From assembly GCA_002269645.1 (NCBI GenBank), contig NIVC01001598.1:115692-179691 (forward strand): a stretch of DNA of 64,000 nucleotides. The letters run 5' to 3'. Below, one piece after another: positions 50,401-64,000 of the stretch. A program made the translations under genes and the position numbers. Numbering within the stretch: the first letter of the stretch is position 1; the number at the start of each line of letters is the position of its first letter. The notes beneath the pieces were generated by a model. That model saw nothing but the letters and a program-made list of their open reading frames with translations, had not been told where the DNA came from and ran no database searches. The DNA comes from Macrostomum lignano. Lineage: Eukaryota.

Positions 50401-51446
50401 ACATATAAGCTGGATTCTTTATCTGGCTTTTGAAGTAAAAGTCTGCAAATCCCTGCTTCGAAAGCCAGTTTGTGGGACGTACTACTCTCATTGTTGTTCT
50501 CATGCTTTGATCATGTCATCTTTCTTGCCAATTTGCAGTCCTGAAAAGAATTTGTGTATCTTCAGCTCCACTGCAATCTGCAACAGTCTAACAACCAAGG
50601 AAATATGCATTTCTTAGGAGGCCCTTTAATTTTAAAAGTACCTTTAAGACACTTAAAATTTTCATGGTGTAACTAATTTAGAAGGGTTGAATCGCATTGC
50701 ATCGCCTTTTCATAAATCTTTTGCTTTTACAAACCATGCTAGATTACCTTGATTTGCCAATTGCCATCCACTGTTAAACTGCTACAGAGTTTGCTTATAC
50801 AGAGGACAGTGCTAACTCACTAAACTGTTATGGATGGCTAAATGTAGCCTCTCCATGGGGTGCAGAGAAAGCCATAAACAAAGCTATTCCAAAACACTGT
50901 ACATTGCCATGTACATTCAGCCCTATTGCCTGACCCTTGGTCTAGGCTGGGGGAATGAATGAGTGAGCGGCACAAACAAAAGAAAAAGCAGACAAACTTC
51001 ACATGCTTGTAGTTTCTGTTCTGATTAAGATACAGAGTTGAGACTTTACATTTAGACAGAGAATGAGTTAATAAAGAACTGTGTCAAGTTTGAAGTCAAT
51101 CGCTTTACGTGAAGCAAACTAATGGCAGCTGAAAGTTAGTCAATTTTGAAACCCCTTTTACACATCTGGGCCGCCCAGATAGGGAAAGAGAGGCAGGCGG
51201 TCAGAGGTTGAGGTGGCTGCCTTGCTGAAAAAAAAACAGCCTAACTTTAAAAGTGCATAGCGCCGTTCAGGATTAACATTGAGACTTGCAATTTTACATC
51301 AGTAGAAGTAGAGTGGCACTATGAAGGATTTAATGAAAAAAGCACATTTTGAGCAGTTTTTTGTACTTTTAGATAGGAAGACTTGAGTCTAGGAAATTTA
51401 AAGATAGCCTAAAACATTCTCCATAGTAATTTTAGGGTAGGTATAA

Positions 51447-51505
51447 AGTTTGGTGTAATTTGGTTGAGCAGTTTGGGAGTCCATAGCGATCAAAATTGTA
51501 CACAG

Positions 51506-51556
<51 letters not shown>

Positions 51557-51584
51557 GACAGAGTTTTGATTTTTATATGTAGAG
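51447..51584 (+). mobile_element. (CA)n-containing interspersed repeat end; second copy at ~55451-55538
   Basis: Both (CA)n tracts are followed by the same CAGAGTTTTGATTTTTATAT(G/A)TAGAG tail. Confidence 0.55.
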
Positions 51585-51737
51585 GTTGAACTTTCTTTGT
51601 TATGACCATAAAAATAGCCATTTTGCTTCCTACATATGGTGATTATAAAAATAATAGTTTTGCTATTTATGTGATTACATTAAGTTAAAACCTTAAGCCC
51701 AGATAGTGTCTTATGCGCTGATCATAAAAAACATATT

Positions 51738-52523
51738 GGCTCATTCCATATAAGATAGACATATTTGGAAAATAGAAAAAAGTCAATATTTTTGCTTGCC
51801 ATTGCCTAATTAGCCTATTTTTTTACCAAATGTTTATATTGTGCAATATATACAATCTAAGAATAAAGGAATGGTAAAATGTTGGATTAGTATGTTATCA
51901 ATTGGCAAAAAGTCATTTTTGTAAAAATTTGGACATTTTTCGAAGCAAAAGACATCATTAAGATTTTGTACCTTTTAAAAACAAATAGAAAGCTTTTGAA
52001 GGTTGAAACAAACTATAGATAAAAGTATAGTACTTGCATCATCAGATAAAAGCATTGGTGACCAAATAATCTATTATATTTTTAATGTATTAGTACCTCA
52101 AAGTTACTGAATTGACAGAAAAAAATATGTTACGACCATAATGTTACGACCATAAGGCTGCCTTTTCTTTTGTATCTTTGTTGCCTTTTGAGTTTATATA
52201 TTCTAATAAAAGAGTATGATTTCTAAAGATGTTCTTAGTCAAATTTAAAAAATGTATTGCAAAATATCAAAAATGTAAAATGTTATAAGACTTTTACCTT
52301 TTAGTTTCTATATGTCAAAAATCCTGTCGTTACGACCATAAGTGTCATTTAAGGTTTAATAGCATCTATACTAATGATGATATCTATATGAAACTCTATA
52401 AATATATTCTAGACAAAATAATCTTTCATTTAAAATATTGGTTTAGTATATTCTATTATTAGATTTCATTTTATAAGTAAAAATAACCTGTCATGTTACA
52501 ACCATGCTTATATGGAATGAGCC
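51738..52523. mobile_element. 786 bp non-autonomous DNA transposon
   Basis: Perfect 17 bp TIR GGCTCATTCCATATAAG (51738-51754 / 52507-52523) flanked by TATT on both sides. Confidence 0.75.
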
Positions 52524-53472
52524 TATTGCTATTTATGTGGTCACTATAACAAAAAACTGCCTTAAAATATTATAGGCCCTAGACATATTTTATCTAGGTT
52601 ATGTTTTTGCAAAGATATACTATCTTAAAACATTATTTTTAATGAAAACTTTTGACTTTACAATTGTACTTATTTTCCATTTAGGTCATTTTTTCATTTA
52701 GTAAACTATATCAAATTTATATAACCCATTTTCTAAGGCCCAAAATGGAATCTTTGCATGACAATTTTGGAATAAAAAAGTTGCACACAATTATTTCACA
52801 TAAGTTTTTTATCCTAAACTGCAATGTTTTTTGGCATTTGAATTTTTCAACAACTTTTTTACAATGTTTCATTAAAGTTTAAAGAAATCTTTAAAAATAA
52901 ATTTCATATTTCTCTTTTGAGTTCAATGTAGTTTTTAGTGGCTATGTTTTTTTTCAAGTTTTTAAATATGCAATACCTTTGTTTAATTGTAACAAATGGA
53001 ATATTCAAAATTTTCAAATGAAATTATACAAGCTTTGAACAATAAGCTATGCACATATAAACATACATGCGCAACCTCCGAAATTCAGTCGGCCATGCGA
53101 CTTAGTTTTAACAAAAATGCAACATAGTTTTTGGCCAAAAATGCGACTTACATGTAAAAAAAACCCAAAAGCAAAATTAACACAACTTTGGGTAAATGGA
53201 GTAACTATGACTGCCTTTTTAAGCCAAAATGCCTTGTCAGCTACTTAGTACTACTTCTTAGTTATTTTTTCGGGATGGCATTTTTGTGACTTTCTTGGTT
53301 GGCTGCCAAATCGGTTGGCCGGATCGGCCGACTGTTGCACATGTATGCATATAAACCATTTAGAGTTACGCAAGTTTGCTAGAAAGTTTGATGAAATGTG
53401 CATACAAATATGCAAGTTTTTGTCAATATACATGGAACAGGTCTAAGATTTTATACAAAAATTCTATCCTGG

Positions 53473-53739
53473 CCCTATTGCAGCCAATGGCCATTTTTGT
53501 GGACGGCGTCCGGCGCGGATTGGACTGGTGGCGGCGCGGCGCGCGGCGGCGGCGCGGCGCGTGGCGGCGGCGCGCGGTGGCGTGGTGTGTGGCGGCGGCG
53601 CGCAGCGCGCGGCGAGCCATTGACTGACTAATTGAACCAAATCACTGATCCTGGGGACTGGCCCTGGCGCAGTACGGGTAGATGTCTGGCGCGGGAAAGG
53701 GGGGCGTCCGGCGCGGTTCAGACCTTGGCTGCAATAGGG
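53473..53739. mobile_element. 267 bp GC-rich MITE
   Basis: Perfect 15 bp TIR CCCTATTGCAGCCAA (53473-53487 / 53725-53739); 8 bp TSD TATCCTGG (53465-53472 / 53740-53747). Confidence 0.85.
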
Positions 53740-55464
53740 TATCCTGGTCTAAGGTCAAGTTATATTTAAATTATTGCATTTTTTTCTAGATTAAAGAGTA
53801 TATTTCACTTTTCTTTGAGTCATTTTAGTTTTAGGAAAATTTATACTTAAAGTATAAATTTAAATTCTATACTTTTAGAATTTAAATTTATAGGCCTACT
53901 TAAAATGTTAATATTTTAGAATTTTCAAAAAAAATTCATACATTTTATTGATCTTATGAAAGTGAAAAGTCCTTGCTTTTACTTATCTAGTAACACAACC
54001 CTTTACCTATCAATTCACTCACAAGTTATGAAATATAATTATGAAATATATGAAATATATTAGATTATATTATGAAATATAATCTGCCTTAGCTAGGCCT
54101 AATGCAATAATTAATGGCTTAGCAAGTGCAATGATCTTTTATTCATCAAATGCAATCATTGTTTACTTATCAGGTGCAATAATTCATGACTCAGCTAGTG
54201 CAATAATCAATGGCTAGTCCTTACATGATAGGTCTAGTCTAGAAAAAATTCCAAACTGCAGTAAATCATGTGCAATACTCCAATGTAATACATGCAATGC
54301 AATACATACATGCAATACATGCAATTACTACAAAGCCAGTATAGAAGGTGCAACCAGAATGAATTAGGGCCTAGGCCTAATGAGCTTGTGTTAGAAATCC
54401 AAATAGCCAATAGGCTTTATTGTTTAGACTAGAGGTCTATTTTTAGCATTAAATAGCAGCTGAATCAGTGGTGCAATCACTGATACAGTAGAGGGGACTG
54501 GGAGGGGATCCCACTTCCAGGAGGTAAAGGAAAGGTCAAAGAGTGGTGGATTTCAGAATTTGTAAGTTGCAGTGGAGCGTATCACCTCATCGATCATTAT
54601 AAATTTACGCGGCCTCCCTGACTGCTAAATGATATAAATTTATAAACTATGAGCTTATACAGAATTATCGCCAAAGGCCAAATATAACTTTATTTATTTT
54701 CATACTTTATTCATCAAAATATCGAGCACTAAGCAGAAGCTGTCACAAAAAGTATTTAAGAGAAATAAGTGCATGCGATGTATGTTGTCTAAAGCTCATA
54801 AAATCTCGAGTTAAAACACTAATACAGTAAACTAATAGTTCTGAGAAAGTATAGTCACAAAAAACTTGCTTAGAACAAGGAAGCTTTCTCACTCGTCACA
54901 ATGACAAATTAAGTATTGGCAGAAGTACTGTTTTAGATTGTTCTGAACAAAATAGAAATACTGTTATTTTTTAAATAAACATTACTGTCCGTTAAACTGT
55001 GTTTTAATTAAAATAAAAAGGTAATACAGCAGCTACTTAGATGAAAATAAAAATATAAGTACATTAAAATTGTTAAAACTGATAAAACGACTCCTAGTCT
55101 TCCTAGTCTTCGTTTATGAGATTTGAAATTATGATTAAATAATAAGTATAATATTATTTGATGTAAAGCGTTACATCGCTGTATTTCGAAAGTTTTAGGG
55201 GATCGAATCTTAAATGATTCTAGTGATATAAAATTAATTGGCTATACACCAGAGCCGCATTTTCTGTCGAATCGCTAATCCACAAATTTGGCCGGTAATG
55301 AATGTAACGTAGATTGTTATCGCTGCTAACGCTAAGCGACTCGCCAGAATCTTGAATTATTTGCTTGGGAACTTTTAAATGTCTTTAATAATGGCAAATG
55401 TTGATATTACTCGTGCATAATTGCTAATTGTTGCCTCTGCTTTTATAATACAACACACACACAC

Positions 55465-55515
<51 letters not shown>

Positions 55516-56084
55516 TTTGATTTTTATATATATAGAGATAAAAGCTGAGCGGTTCGTGTCTAAGGAACACTGGAATGTTGTAGTTCCAGTGCAGTCCTTA
55601 ACTTTTCTTGTCTTATTTGAAGTGAACTCGCACAGTACAGTTACATGTAAATCCATTGACTCCATTGATTTTGCAATCTGGGACTTGGGACGAAAGGGAA
55701 TTTCGTATCTATTATATCCTTGACTTCGCATATTTTACGTTAGTCGTCCATATATTACATGTACCGGTACAAGCATGTATAGTAAAAGTAACTTCACGCT
55801 CCGGAGTCTACAATACAAATAGCACAATTTACATCAATGTTCAATGTGAACTGAAAGCTCGAACCGTTAACACTTGGCATCTTATGATTGATTTAATACA
55901 AATGATGTGCAGAAAGTCGTGCTAAAAAGGCTGCCGCTGTTAGCTTTTACACTGGATACATTACATGTACATGTAGTGCTTTATAATTTGCGGAGTTTTG
56001 CTAAGGAGTTACAAGGGAAGACTCCAGCTGGAGTGCTGTAAACTGTAACGTAAAAAGTATTCCCTAGAAGACATTGACTTGTTG

Positions 56085-56418
56085 ATTCTTAGCAGATCTT
56101 GTCTGTCTTCTTGGGTTGCTGCGCAAGTACTTGCAAGAACGTACAAGATCTTCGCTATAATACTTAGGTAAACTTACCAGATCTGGGCGACTTGCTACAT
56201 CGTACAAGATCTTAGCTTTTATATCTTTTTATAGCTTTAAATCGCATATTTTCGTAAATTTATTGCCCATTTTGTCATAAAATAAAATATAGTTCAGCTA
56301 GAACACTTTAGCCAAATGAACAACAAAACAAATGTACCTCCCATCTTAGAAGATCCTGCAAGAACCGAGCTGATTGAGAAGATCTGCTAAGAATGGCACA
56401 GAGACAAGATCTGCTAAG
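56085..56418. repeat. Inverted repeat / degenerate MITE with AAGATCT motifs
   Basis: ATTCTTAGCAGATCTT (56085-56100) inverted at 56379-56394 and partly again at 56403-56418; no TSD seen. Confidence 0.45.
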
Positions 56419-57022
56419 TTTGAGAAACAGAATGTCCTCTAGGGTTTCATGCAGATCAGTAGAGAGGCAAAGCATGCAAGTTCGCTTATTTTTCTGGCAA
56501 ACATTCCCTCACAATATATGTCTTACCCATAGCCACTGTTTAGTAGAAAACAGCCTTCGACACGGCAGAATAAAGTTTTTTATGCAGAATTTCTCTGCGC
56601 ACTCTGAGGAAGGTCGGCTATAGCTAGCTGTACTCTTGTACATCGCTTGCAATGCAGAAGCCGCTCACGCACTGGAGAGCATGACGCAGACAGACCCGAA
56701 CACGCCTGGCCAGCTCCGCCCAAAAAAGACGCCCTTGCGTTCCAATCTGCAGCCGAGCCTGTGGCCTCTTAATTGTGTTGGAAATGTGCTTTAAACAAAC
56801 TTCATTATTTAGCCCCAGAGAGTCTTTTCGTTGCAAGACTGGGGGCTACTTCTTTCACTGTCTCAGGCGGCGCCTAAGAGGAATAGAGAGGATATGCTCA
56901 ACATTTCGCATGCAAGTCTTAGACTATTCCAGTCGCGTCTTTGTTAAAATTAAAAAAAGAACTGAAGACTTTCCAAGCGTGGCCGGCAGCCGAAATCTTT
57001 GACCTCCTCCTTCAGACAGAGC

Positions 57023-60000
57023 ATGCAGAAGTGGGTGCACTACAATTCAACTGACTTGACGGTGAACAGTCAAGAGTTTCGTCACTCAGATAGTTTGCAG
57101 CCTGCGATGCAGCTTCGCAGACAGCCAACCGACTTCGCTGATGCTCTTGACTCCTCTGGAGGAGAGGATGGCAGGCCAGACTTGACTTGGCCGCGGGCGG
57201 CCAGCCAGACGCAGCCGCACTGGCTGATGAAGCCCAAGACTGAGCGGCAGGAAGAGCAGCTTGATGTGCGGGCGCAATCGCTGGAAGCATTGAGTCCAGA
57301 TGAGTCGCCACCGCCTTCTCCGTGCTGGTCCCGAGGCAGCAGCGGCGACAGTTCCAACAGCACCTGGTACCTGGATGACGATTCGGCTTCCATGCAGGAT
57401 GCAGTGTCTCCAGCGACTGAAGAGGAAGGCGAAGAAGTGGATTCAGAATTTCTGTTTGTGCCGCAAGGCAATGACAGCAACCAACAGGAGCTGAAGAGCA
57501 TTCAGGAAATTCTGCGGGAGGGCGGCAGCAGCTCATTGTACTTCTCGTCAAGCCTGCCCAGCAACGGTCGCTGCCTGTATCCGATTCTGGAGGAGAGCTC
57601 GGACGAGATATCCGACGCTACCGCCACCGACGATGAGGTTGACAACGACGCAGTGTTCAAACCAGACACCGAGAGTACAATTGCAGATCTTGGTGGATTT
57701 CAACTCCCTCATCAGATTCAAGCTTCAGGTGAGAAGCTCTTGCCGATGATTTTTTAAGCTTCTGGCTTCTTCTGTCTCTTATGCACTTTACTTGGGGCCG
57801 TACCTTTAAACAGTACCTGATAATTATGTATGCTTGTCTACTTTTGTCTACCCTTTTCTAGGAATGCGTTTGATTTGCGAAATTTCATTTTAAATTGCAT
57901 TATATTCTTCATATAGCTATGGCATTGTCCCAGACATAGGTACAGATATCGAAGAATGTTGATACAATCGAGTCGGGAAATTATTAATTACCAGTACATA
58001 GGCAGTGGCTTGGCCAACGGTTTAAAAAAATGGTTGGTTTGTGCCCCCGATCTCCATTCAATCGGCGAAGAAGTTCAACCCACCCCACTCCTCTTTACCA
58101 TGGGAAACAGTTCCCTCCTACAGGAGGGTGAGAAAACGGGAAAGAAAATGCAGAGCGCGTTTTACTCGCATGGATAAGAGAGGGAGAGACGGTTTAACTG
58201 GGACGCCCTGCATAGTGTCGAAGGGCTGCAGGTAGCAGGGTTGCTGCAGAATGTCACAGCACACCCGCGTGTGTATATCAGCGTTAATCAATAGCTATAC
58301 TGCTTTTAAAATTGGAATGGTCCAGACAAAAGTTTTAGATTCCGCAGAATTCAAAGCTTTCCTTTCAAGTTAACGCCATTTTGTTTTACTAAATACATTT
58401 TAACTTGTCTTCCCGCTCTGGTCGGTAAAGATAGTGTCTCGTAGCAAATTTTATGTATTTAACGCATTTCAGAAAAAGCCGTATCAGAAGACGAAACAAA
58501 TAACAAGGTGCGTATTTGTGAATGTGATTGCAAAATTTAGTTCCACATTTAACTCGTAAAAATTATTTCTATGTGAAACATTCCATTGTTCTATAGGATC
58601 AACCAAGCGACCCCAGATCGTCAAGTTCGACTGCTAATTCAAGTTCAGATTCAACTTCAACTTCAACGTCAACTTATTCATCTGAGTCTTCTGAGGCATC
58701 TGTAGATCTTGAGCAGCAAGCTCCGACTCAGCAGAAGCCAGTGGAGCCTGAGAAGCCTCAACAGCTCCGAACAGAGGAAGACATGCGCCGCTGGAGTCTG
58801 AGGCTGCAGCCACAACAGCTTGACGCTATCGCGGAGGCTGAGAGCACCTCATCATCCTCATCTTCGGCATCCGATACTGACGAAGCGCCAGACGTGGATG
58901 GAAGTCCTTCTTGTCAAGATGAAGCAATGAAAGGAACAGTCGCGTTGAAGAATAATCGGGATGCGAGTGTTGGTGAGTTGCTACATGCAACACTGAAATC
59001 ATTTCCATTCCTTTTACGAGCGTATACATGCATCTTCATCCCTAATTGTCATAAAATTCCAGCATCCGCATCTGTGTCAGCTCAGGTAAGAGTGATTGCT
59101 TCATCCAAGGCTGAGGTCCGCGACACCAACGATCAACCAACTGGGGACGAGGCGAGTGCCGTCACAGAGGCAACAGGCGCCACTGTCAATATGGCGGTCG
59201 CCAGAGCGGCAGCTCGAGCGGCCAGCATTGCCACATCAACTGTGATGAGAAACGGTGGTGGGGTCAGTCGCTACCGAATTCTGATCTCCACCCAGTGCGA
59301 TGTTGAGCCCCAGCCGCAACTACCCCTTGCTAGAGGTGACATCAATGACGGTTGGTGCCAAGCTATAGAAAATTCGCAGGGTGAAGGCCACTCGTCTAAC
59401 CAGAGTGCATATGGAGAGCACATACTCAAGCTTCTTCCAGTCTTGGTCCAAAACTCGCTGACCGCTCCTAATCCTCAAACGCATACAGTAGTGACGGAGG
59501 AGCAGCTGCTTGTCACATCCTCGGCAGTTGACATCCCAAAGCCTGAGATGTCTGTCGAGAGCGCCTACATAGAATCTTCAGGCGATGAAGAATCAGCGTC
59601 AGAGACTGACACTACTGAGAGCGAAAATTTTCAAACATCGGAAAGCGACTCTGGTGCGGTTCAACCAACGAAAATTCGAGCGCAAACTACCACTTATCGC
59701 TCAGTTCTGCAGCAACAGCTTAGTGAGGCCGAGTCAGCGTCAAACCTCAACCATTTCAGCAGTTCTAATCAACTGCAGTCGGACCAAGAGAGGATGCGAC
59801 GAGCTAAGGATGTGTTCCTTAGCGGTCGCGACTCACTCTGGGAGCAATTGTTGGACAGAGGGACATACCAAGCGAGCTTATCTACGTGTACCAGACAAGA
59901 GCCCGTCGAAAGACCGAAATCCAGAAGGAACAGCGACGGTAACCAAGGATATGACGTGTCTACTTTTGCACATTCTTTAAAAGAAATACTGGATGATAAC

Positions 60001-63000
60001 TTAGTTCGAAATTCGCAGCAGCAGAAACGCAGACTGCAAGGTTGTCGATCTACAGATCTTGACAAGCTCGATGACTTAGACTGCGAGCAAGCATCACACC
60101 CTCATACCATCGTGAGTCTTCTTGAAGCCCAACCAGGCCAATTTAATTCCGTTTCACTCTTCGATCTTTCTAGATCAGCAATGGATAATATTGGCTTGGT
60201 AAGTAGTTTTAGTCCATCACTAATGGAAACAAATATTGATACGGGTGAAGAGACTTATCATCGTGTTGTCAAGGAGACGGATGTGGATACACTGCTGCAG
60301 CCTACAATGATTCAGTCTCCAGGAGCCATAAAAAGACGTTCTCGGAGTCTGCTAAACCTTACTGGCATAGTAGATAGCCAAGACCGCGAGTCGGCAGCTG
60401 AGGCTGGCGTAGGTAACGCAATTAGACGGTCAAATTCCAGGCGCAAAAGCCAGAAAAAGAAGAAAGAAAGAAAGAGCTTCATTGAGCGACTAGAAGAACG
60501 GGCAACAACCGATACAGAAAAAGAAATTTGCCGATCTTTGTCTCGACTCCGAATTCCTCCATGGATGGACAAAGTGCCACTCAATGGATGCAGTAGTGCT
60601 ACACCGGAAACTAGTAGTAGATACTCGAGGCAAAAAGATGGGACTTCTCATGCCAGCATGAGCACTAATGACCTTGCTATCACAGCAGCTTTGAAACCGA
60701 TTCAGACATCGGTCGAGACGGAGCCAACGGAAACCATCATAGACTCTCCAGTCGAAGTGGAAGAGAGCTACTTGAGACCGATTATTCTTCCGACGAGCGT
60801 GAGTTTGCCCTGTCTGCTTGCGGTGCGACCGGAACAACTGAACAAAGACTTAACTCCTGGCTCTCAGAATCAGCCAGTTATCAGCAAGCCTGAAACGAAG
60901 GGGATAGCCAAGACACGCAGTGAGCTATTTCGCAAAAGCCAGGAAGTCAGGCGACAACGTCTAGTCGAAATTCAATCCCGGATGCACCGACCATCGTTGG
61001 AGCCGGTGACTCTGACCCCTAAAGATTTTGTGCCTAAAGTATCAGACACATACCCCAGAACAGAAGCGAGAAGCCAGCAGGAGCAGCAATCATCAGCTCG
61101 TGCCAATGCACTGGCTATTGCTGCAGCGTCCATTGCTGCATCGACACAAGGAGCTTCTCTAAGCTCTGGAACGCGCGCTCCACCACCATTACCGCCAAGA
61201 ATGAAACTTGAGCCAGGCGCAACTGCTCGTGATAGCGCTTCTATTGTTAGGACATCAACTGGAGACTCGTGTGATAAGACCCCTCACCAACCTCTAGGTA
61301 ACTTATTTGAATCTCCTCCTCCACCACCTTCACGATTGTCCGGTCGTGCAGAGGCAATCGCAATTGCCTCAGCCGCGATAGCTGCAACGACAACGACGCA
61401 TACAAACGAAACAAACCACTTTCCACCAGCACAACCGCCACCACCGCCAAGAAATCCGGTGGCACAAAGAATGTCAGACAGGGATAGGGCATTGGCAGTC
61501 GCTTCTGCTGCTATAAAGTCGATGGTGGGGCAACCATCCAGCGAAGCAGGCGACGTGCCCCTGCCTCCTCCTAGACAAACATCAGCACAGATTCTTTCTC
61601 CAAACTGGCAGGAAAACAATTCCACCGTTTTTGAAGGGGCGTCAAGATCGCGCATGAAACAATCCGATTATGGCAAAGCAGAAGTTTTAAATGGAACGCC
61701 ACACACGAGCAGAGACCGACAGCAAGCTAAATCATCCTCACCTCAGGTTCAGTTGAATCGCCAGGCACAGAAGCAAGACGATTTGCAGCATGCTCTGGCC
61801 GTGCAGGGTTGTAATCAAGCATCACCAAATATGCACGTTCAAAGTGAACCCGTGTCAAGCAGAACCGATCAGGTCAACGAGCTTCCACATTCAGTGCCAC
61901 CGCAGATGGGCAACCGAAATGAGAAATTACCATCCATGATCGAGCAGAATGGCAATGACGGCAGTCAAGCAGAGTTTAATGGGCCAGTCAATAACTTTGA
62001 CAGTAACTCCAGCAACTCTTCTCATTCATTTTACTTTGAGGCTCAAAACAGCCCGTCAGCAAAGTCTTCGCCGATTCAAGAATTAAGAATTAACAGCCCA
62101 GTGCCTTCAGACTCTTCACGCGTGAGTCATCCATCCGGTAGCGACAGAGCTGTCGAGGAGAGCACGGTGGTGCAAACTTCAGTCGTGTATAGACGCATTG
62201 TTCGGCAAACGGTTGAGTTTTCTCGAGACAAGTCTGAGCACGAGAATGTAAACTCAGGCAGCGCAGAAGCGGCACCAAATGCTTTGGCTGGCGTTATTTA
62301 TTGCCAGACCGAACCGGACATTGGTAATGAAGAAGAGCAGCGTGAGATTCTGGCATTGGTAGACAGCCAGCTGGAACAGTTCGGAGAATCGCTCGCTGAA
62401 CTTGAGAAGGGCGGCTTCAATCGCGTCGGCAAGTACGGGGAGATGATTTCAGCCCTGGTGGCAGCCAGAGATGACAGCGCCCTCATCAACGGCGCTTCTT
62501 TGTCCAGCCTGTTTGGAGATAACTCAGTGTCTCCTGGAGCAGCCTGCCGTCGTCTCCTCGTTGACTGGCTCTTGCGGCGTCCGGAAACGCATCGTCGATT
62601 GGCTCGACTGGCTCAAGCTTCTCATCGATGTCTGGGCCGCGGCTGCGTGCTCCTGCTATTCAACGTCGGCAGCGATTCCAGGGTCAGCCATCTTCAAAAA
62701 CCGCCAATCTACACGCCAGTTGAAGAGCTGCTCGAGTCTGCTTCAATCGGAGAATCCGTGGATCTTAGGGAAGCTTGCGCCGCCTACAATCCTGAAGACG
62801 AATTTGTTGTGTCTTTAGCCATCGGCGCGGCTCGTCTCTGCGCCCGTCTGGCGGCTGAGCCGCAGCGAGCGCAAACTTCGCAACCGCCGCCTAGAGAGCG
62901 CAGGCAGATGTTTGTTGCCAGCCTGCGGCGCTCACTTCGAGACCGAGGCGTCAGCCTGCGTCATCACTACCCGGAGCTGCACGACCTGCTAGACGCCTAT

Positions 63001-63234
63001 GCCGACACCGGCGAGGCTTTTGCGCCGGTGACAATTCGACCAGTGGACGCCGTCAGCGGTCAATCGTTTGCCTGCAGCATCGCTGTGCCCTCAGCCGAGG
63101 ACGGAGACTGGTGGGCCAGCGAGCACCTGTTGGGAGACCATCCGCAAGTGTCTGCCTGTCCGCAGTTTGACAGTCGCTCGGATGTGAAAACGGAAAATTG
63201 TGGCAATAAGAAGGTTATCTCCACAGAACTGTGA
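57023..63234 (+). CDS. AJM1: Large low-complexity protein with AJM1 (apical junction molecule 1)-like C-terminal domain, ~1792 aa
   Basis: Exons 57023-57728, 58473-58507, 58597-63234 with consistent phases; an upstream exon is possible (acceptor at 57015). C-terminal LGRGCVLLLF..YNPEDEFVV..RRSLRDRGVSLRHHYPE..FAPVTIRPVDAVSGQSFACSI resembles the AJM1 family domain as I recall it. Confidence 0.7.
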
Positions 63235-64000
63235 CTCAGTGATGATTCAAGAAGTTTGTCCTTGCCAGCTTGAATATTTGTAGGGATGCTTTTAAAATTG
63301 CAGGTACATACAGTGTAGTAGTACAGATGTTATGACTTTTAAAAATCATTGAACGGCTTTCCAATGTTATTTTCGACGGTAAAAATATTTACGAATTAGG
63401 TCTTAAAATTGCTATAAGCGCATATTAATACAAATATACTCGTATTAATTTTTTCAATAGACTTAGTTTCGATGTAAAATTTTTAGTAGACTTTCTTTCT
63501 TATGAGTTTTCCTGCTCAGTTGTAAACTTTAATTCTCATCTATTGCATTCTGAACAGCAAATACGAATCAAAGCACCTTCAAAATGATCTGGCTGTGTAT
63601 TAAAATATCAATGATGATTTGAAGTCCATGTTTTTCCTCGCTACATACTACTGCAAAATGGAACAGTAGACAGTTGGGAGCATTGTTTCGAACTTGTTGA
63701 GAAGTATGGAACTGCGATAAAAATACAGAAGCTGTTGCACTAGCGAATGATGCTTCCTAATTCTCTGTGCAATTTCAAAGCCCCAGTGCCCTTCATCCAG
63801 TCAAGTTCGGGCCTGCATGATTTGCCATTATTTACTAATCGAATCGAATGTTTATTAATTGCAGAAGCCAGCAGATCCAGCTTTCATGGGAAATCTGATG
63901 ATGGAAAAAAGCAACAATGGAAGCTCGTCAGTTAGCCTAAATCAACACAATGTGAGAGGCATGGATAAATATCCAAATTTTCCCTCATTTGTACTCATCT

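Overview
Eukaryotic (animal) genomic DNA with GC-rich spliced exons and minisatellite-filled introns; the style suggests a flatworm such as Macrostomum, but that is only an impression. Bases 1-~7530 are the right-hand part of a Maverick/Polinton (adintovirus-like) endogenous virus. All its genes lie on the + strand: a TATA-binding-protein (TBP)-like gene, a pX-like core protein, a conserved hypothetical, an rve integrase with chromodomain, penton, an amphipathic core/lytic protein, the major capsid protein, an adenain protease and a packaging ATPase, followed by subterminal repeats. The pPolB gene and left end are outside the window. The most notable signal is the apparent virus-encoded TBP-like protein together with a (C/T)TA(T/C)AAATA element upstream of every downstream viral gene, often fused with the previous gene's stop codon and AATAAA. 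This is a candidate self-contained viral transcription system. Host genes reconstructed by hand: a 10-exon latrophilin-like adhesion GPCR (-), two tandem Pim-like kinases (-), two divergent profilins (-) and a large AJM1-like protein (+). There are also several SINE/MITE insertions and many tandem repeats. No CRISPR, rRNA or convincing tRNA genes. All homology calls are by-eye motif recognition, not database results.
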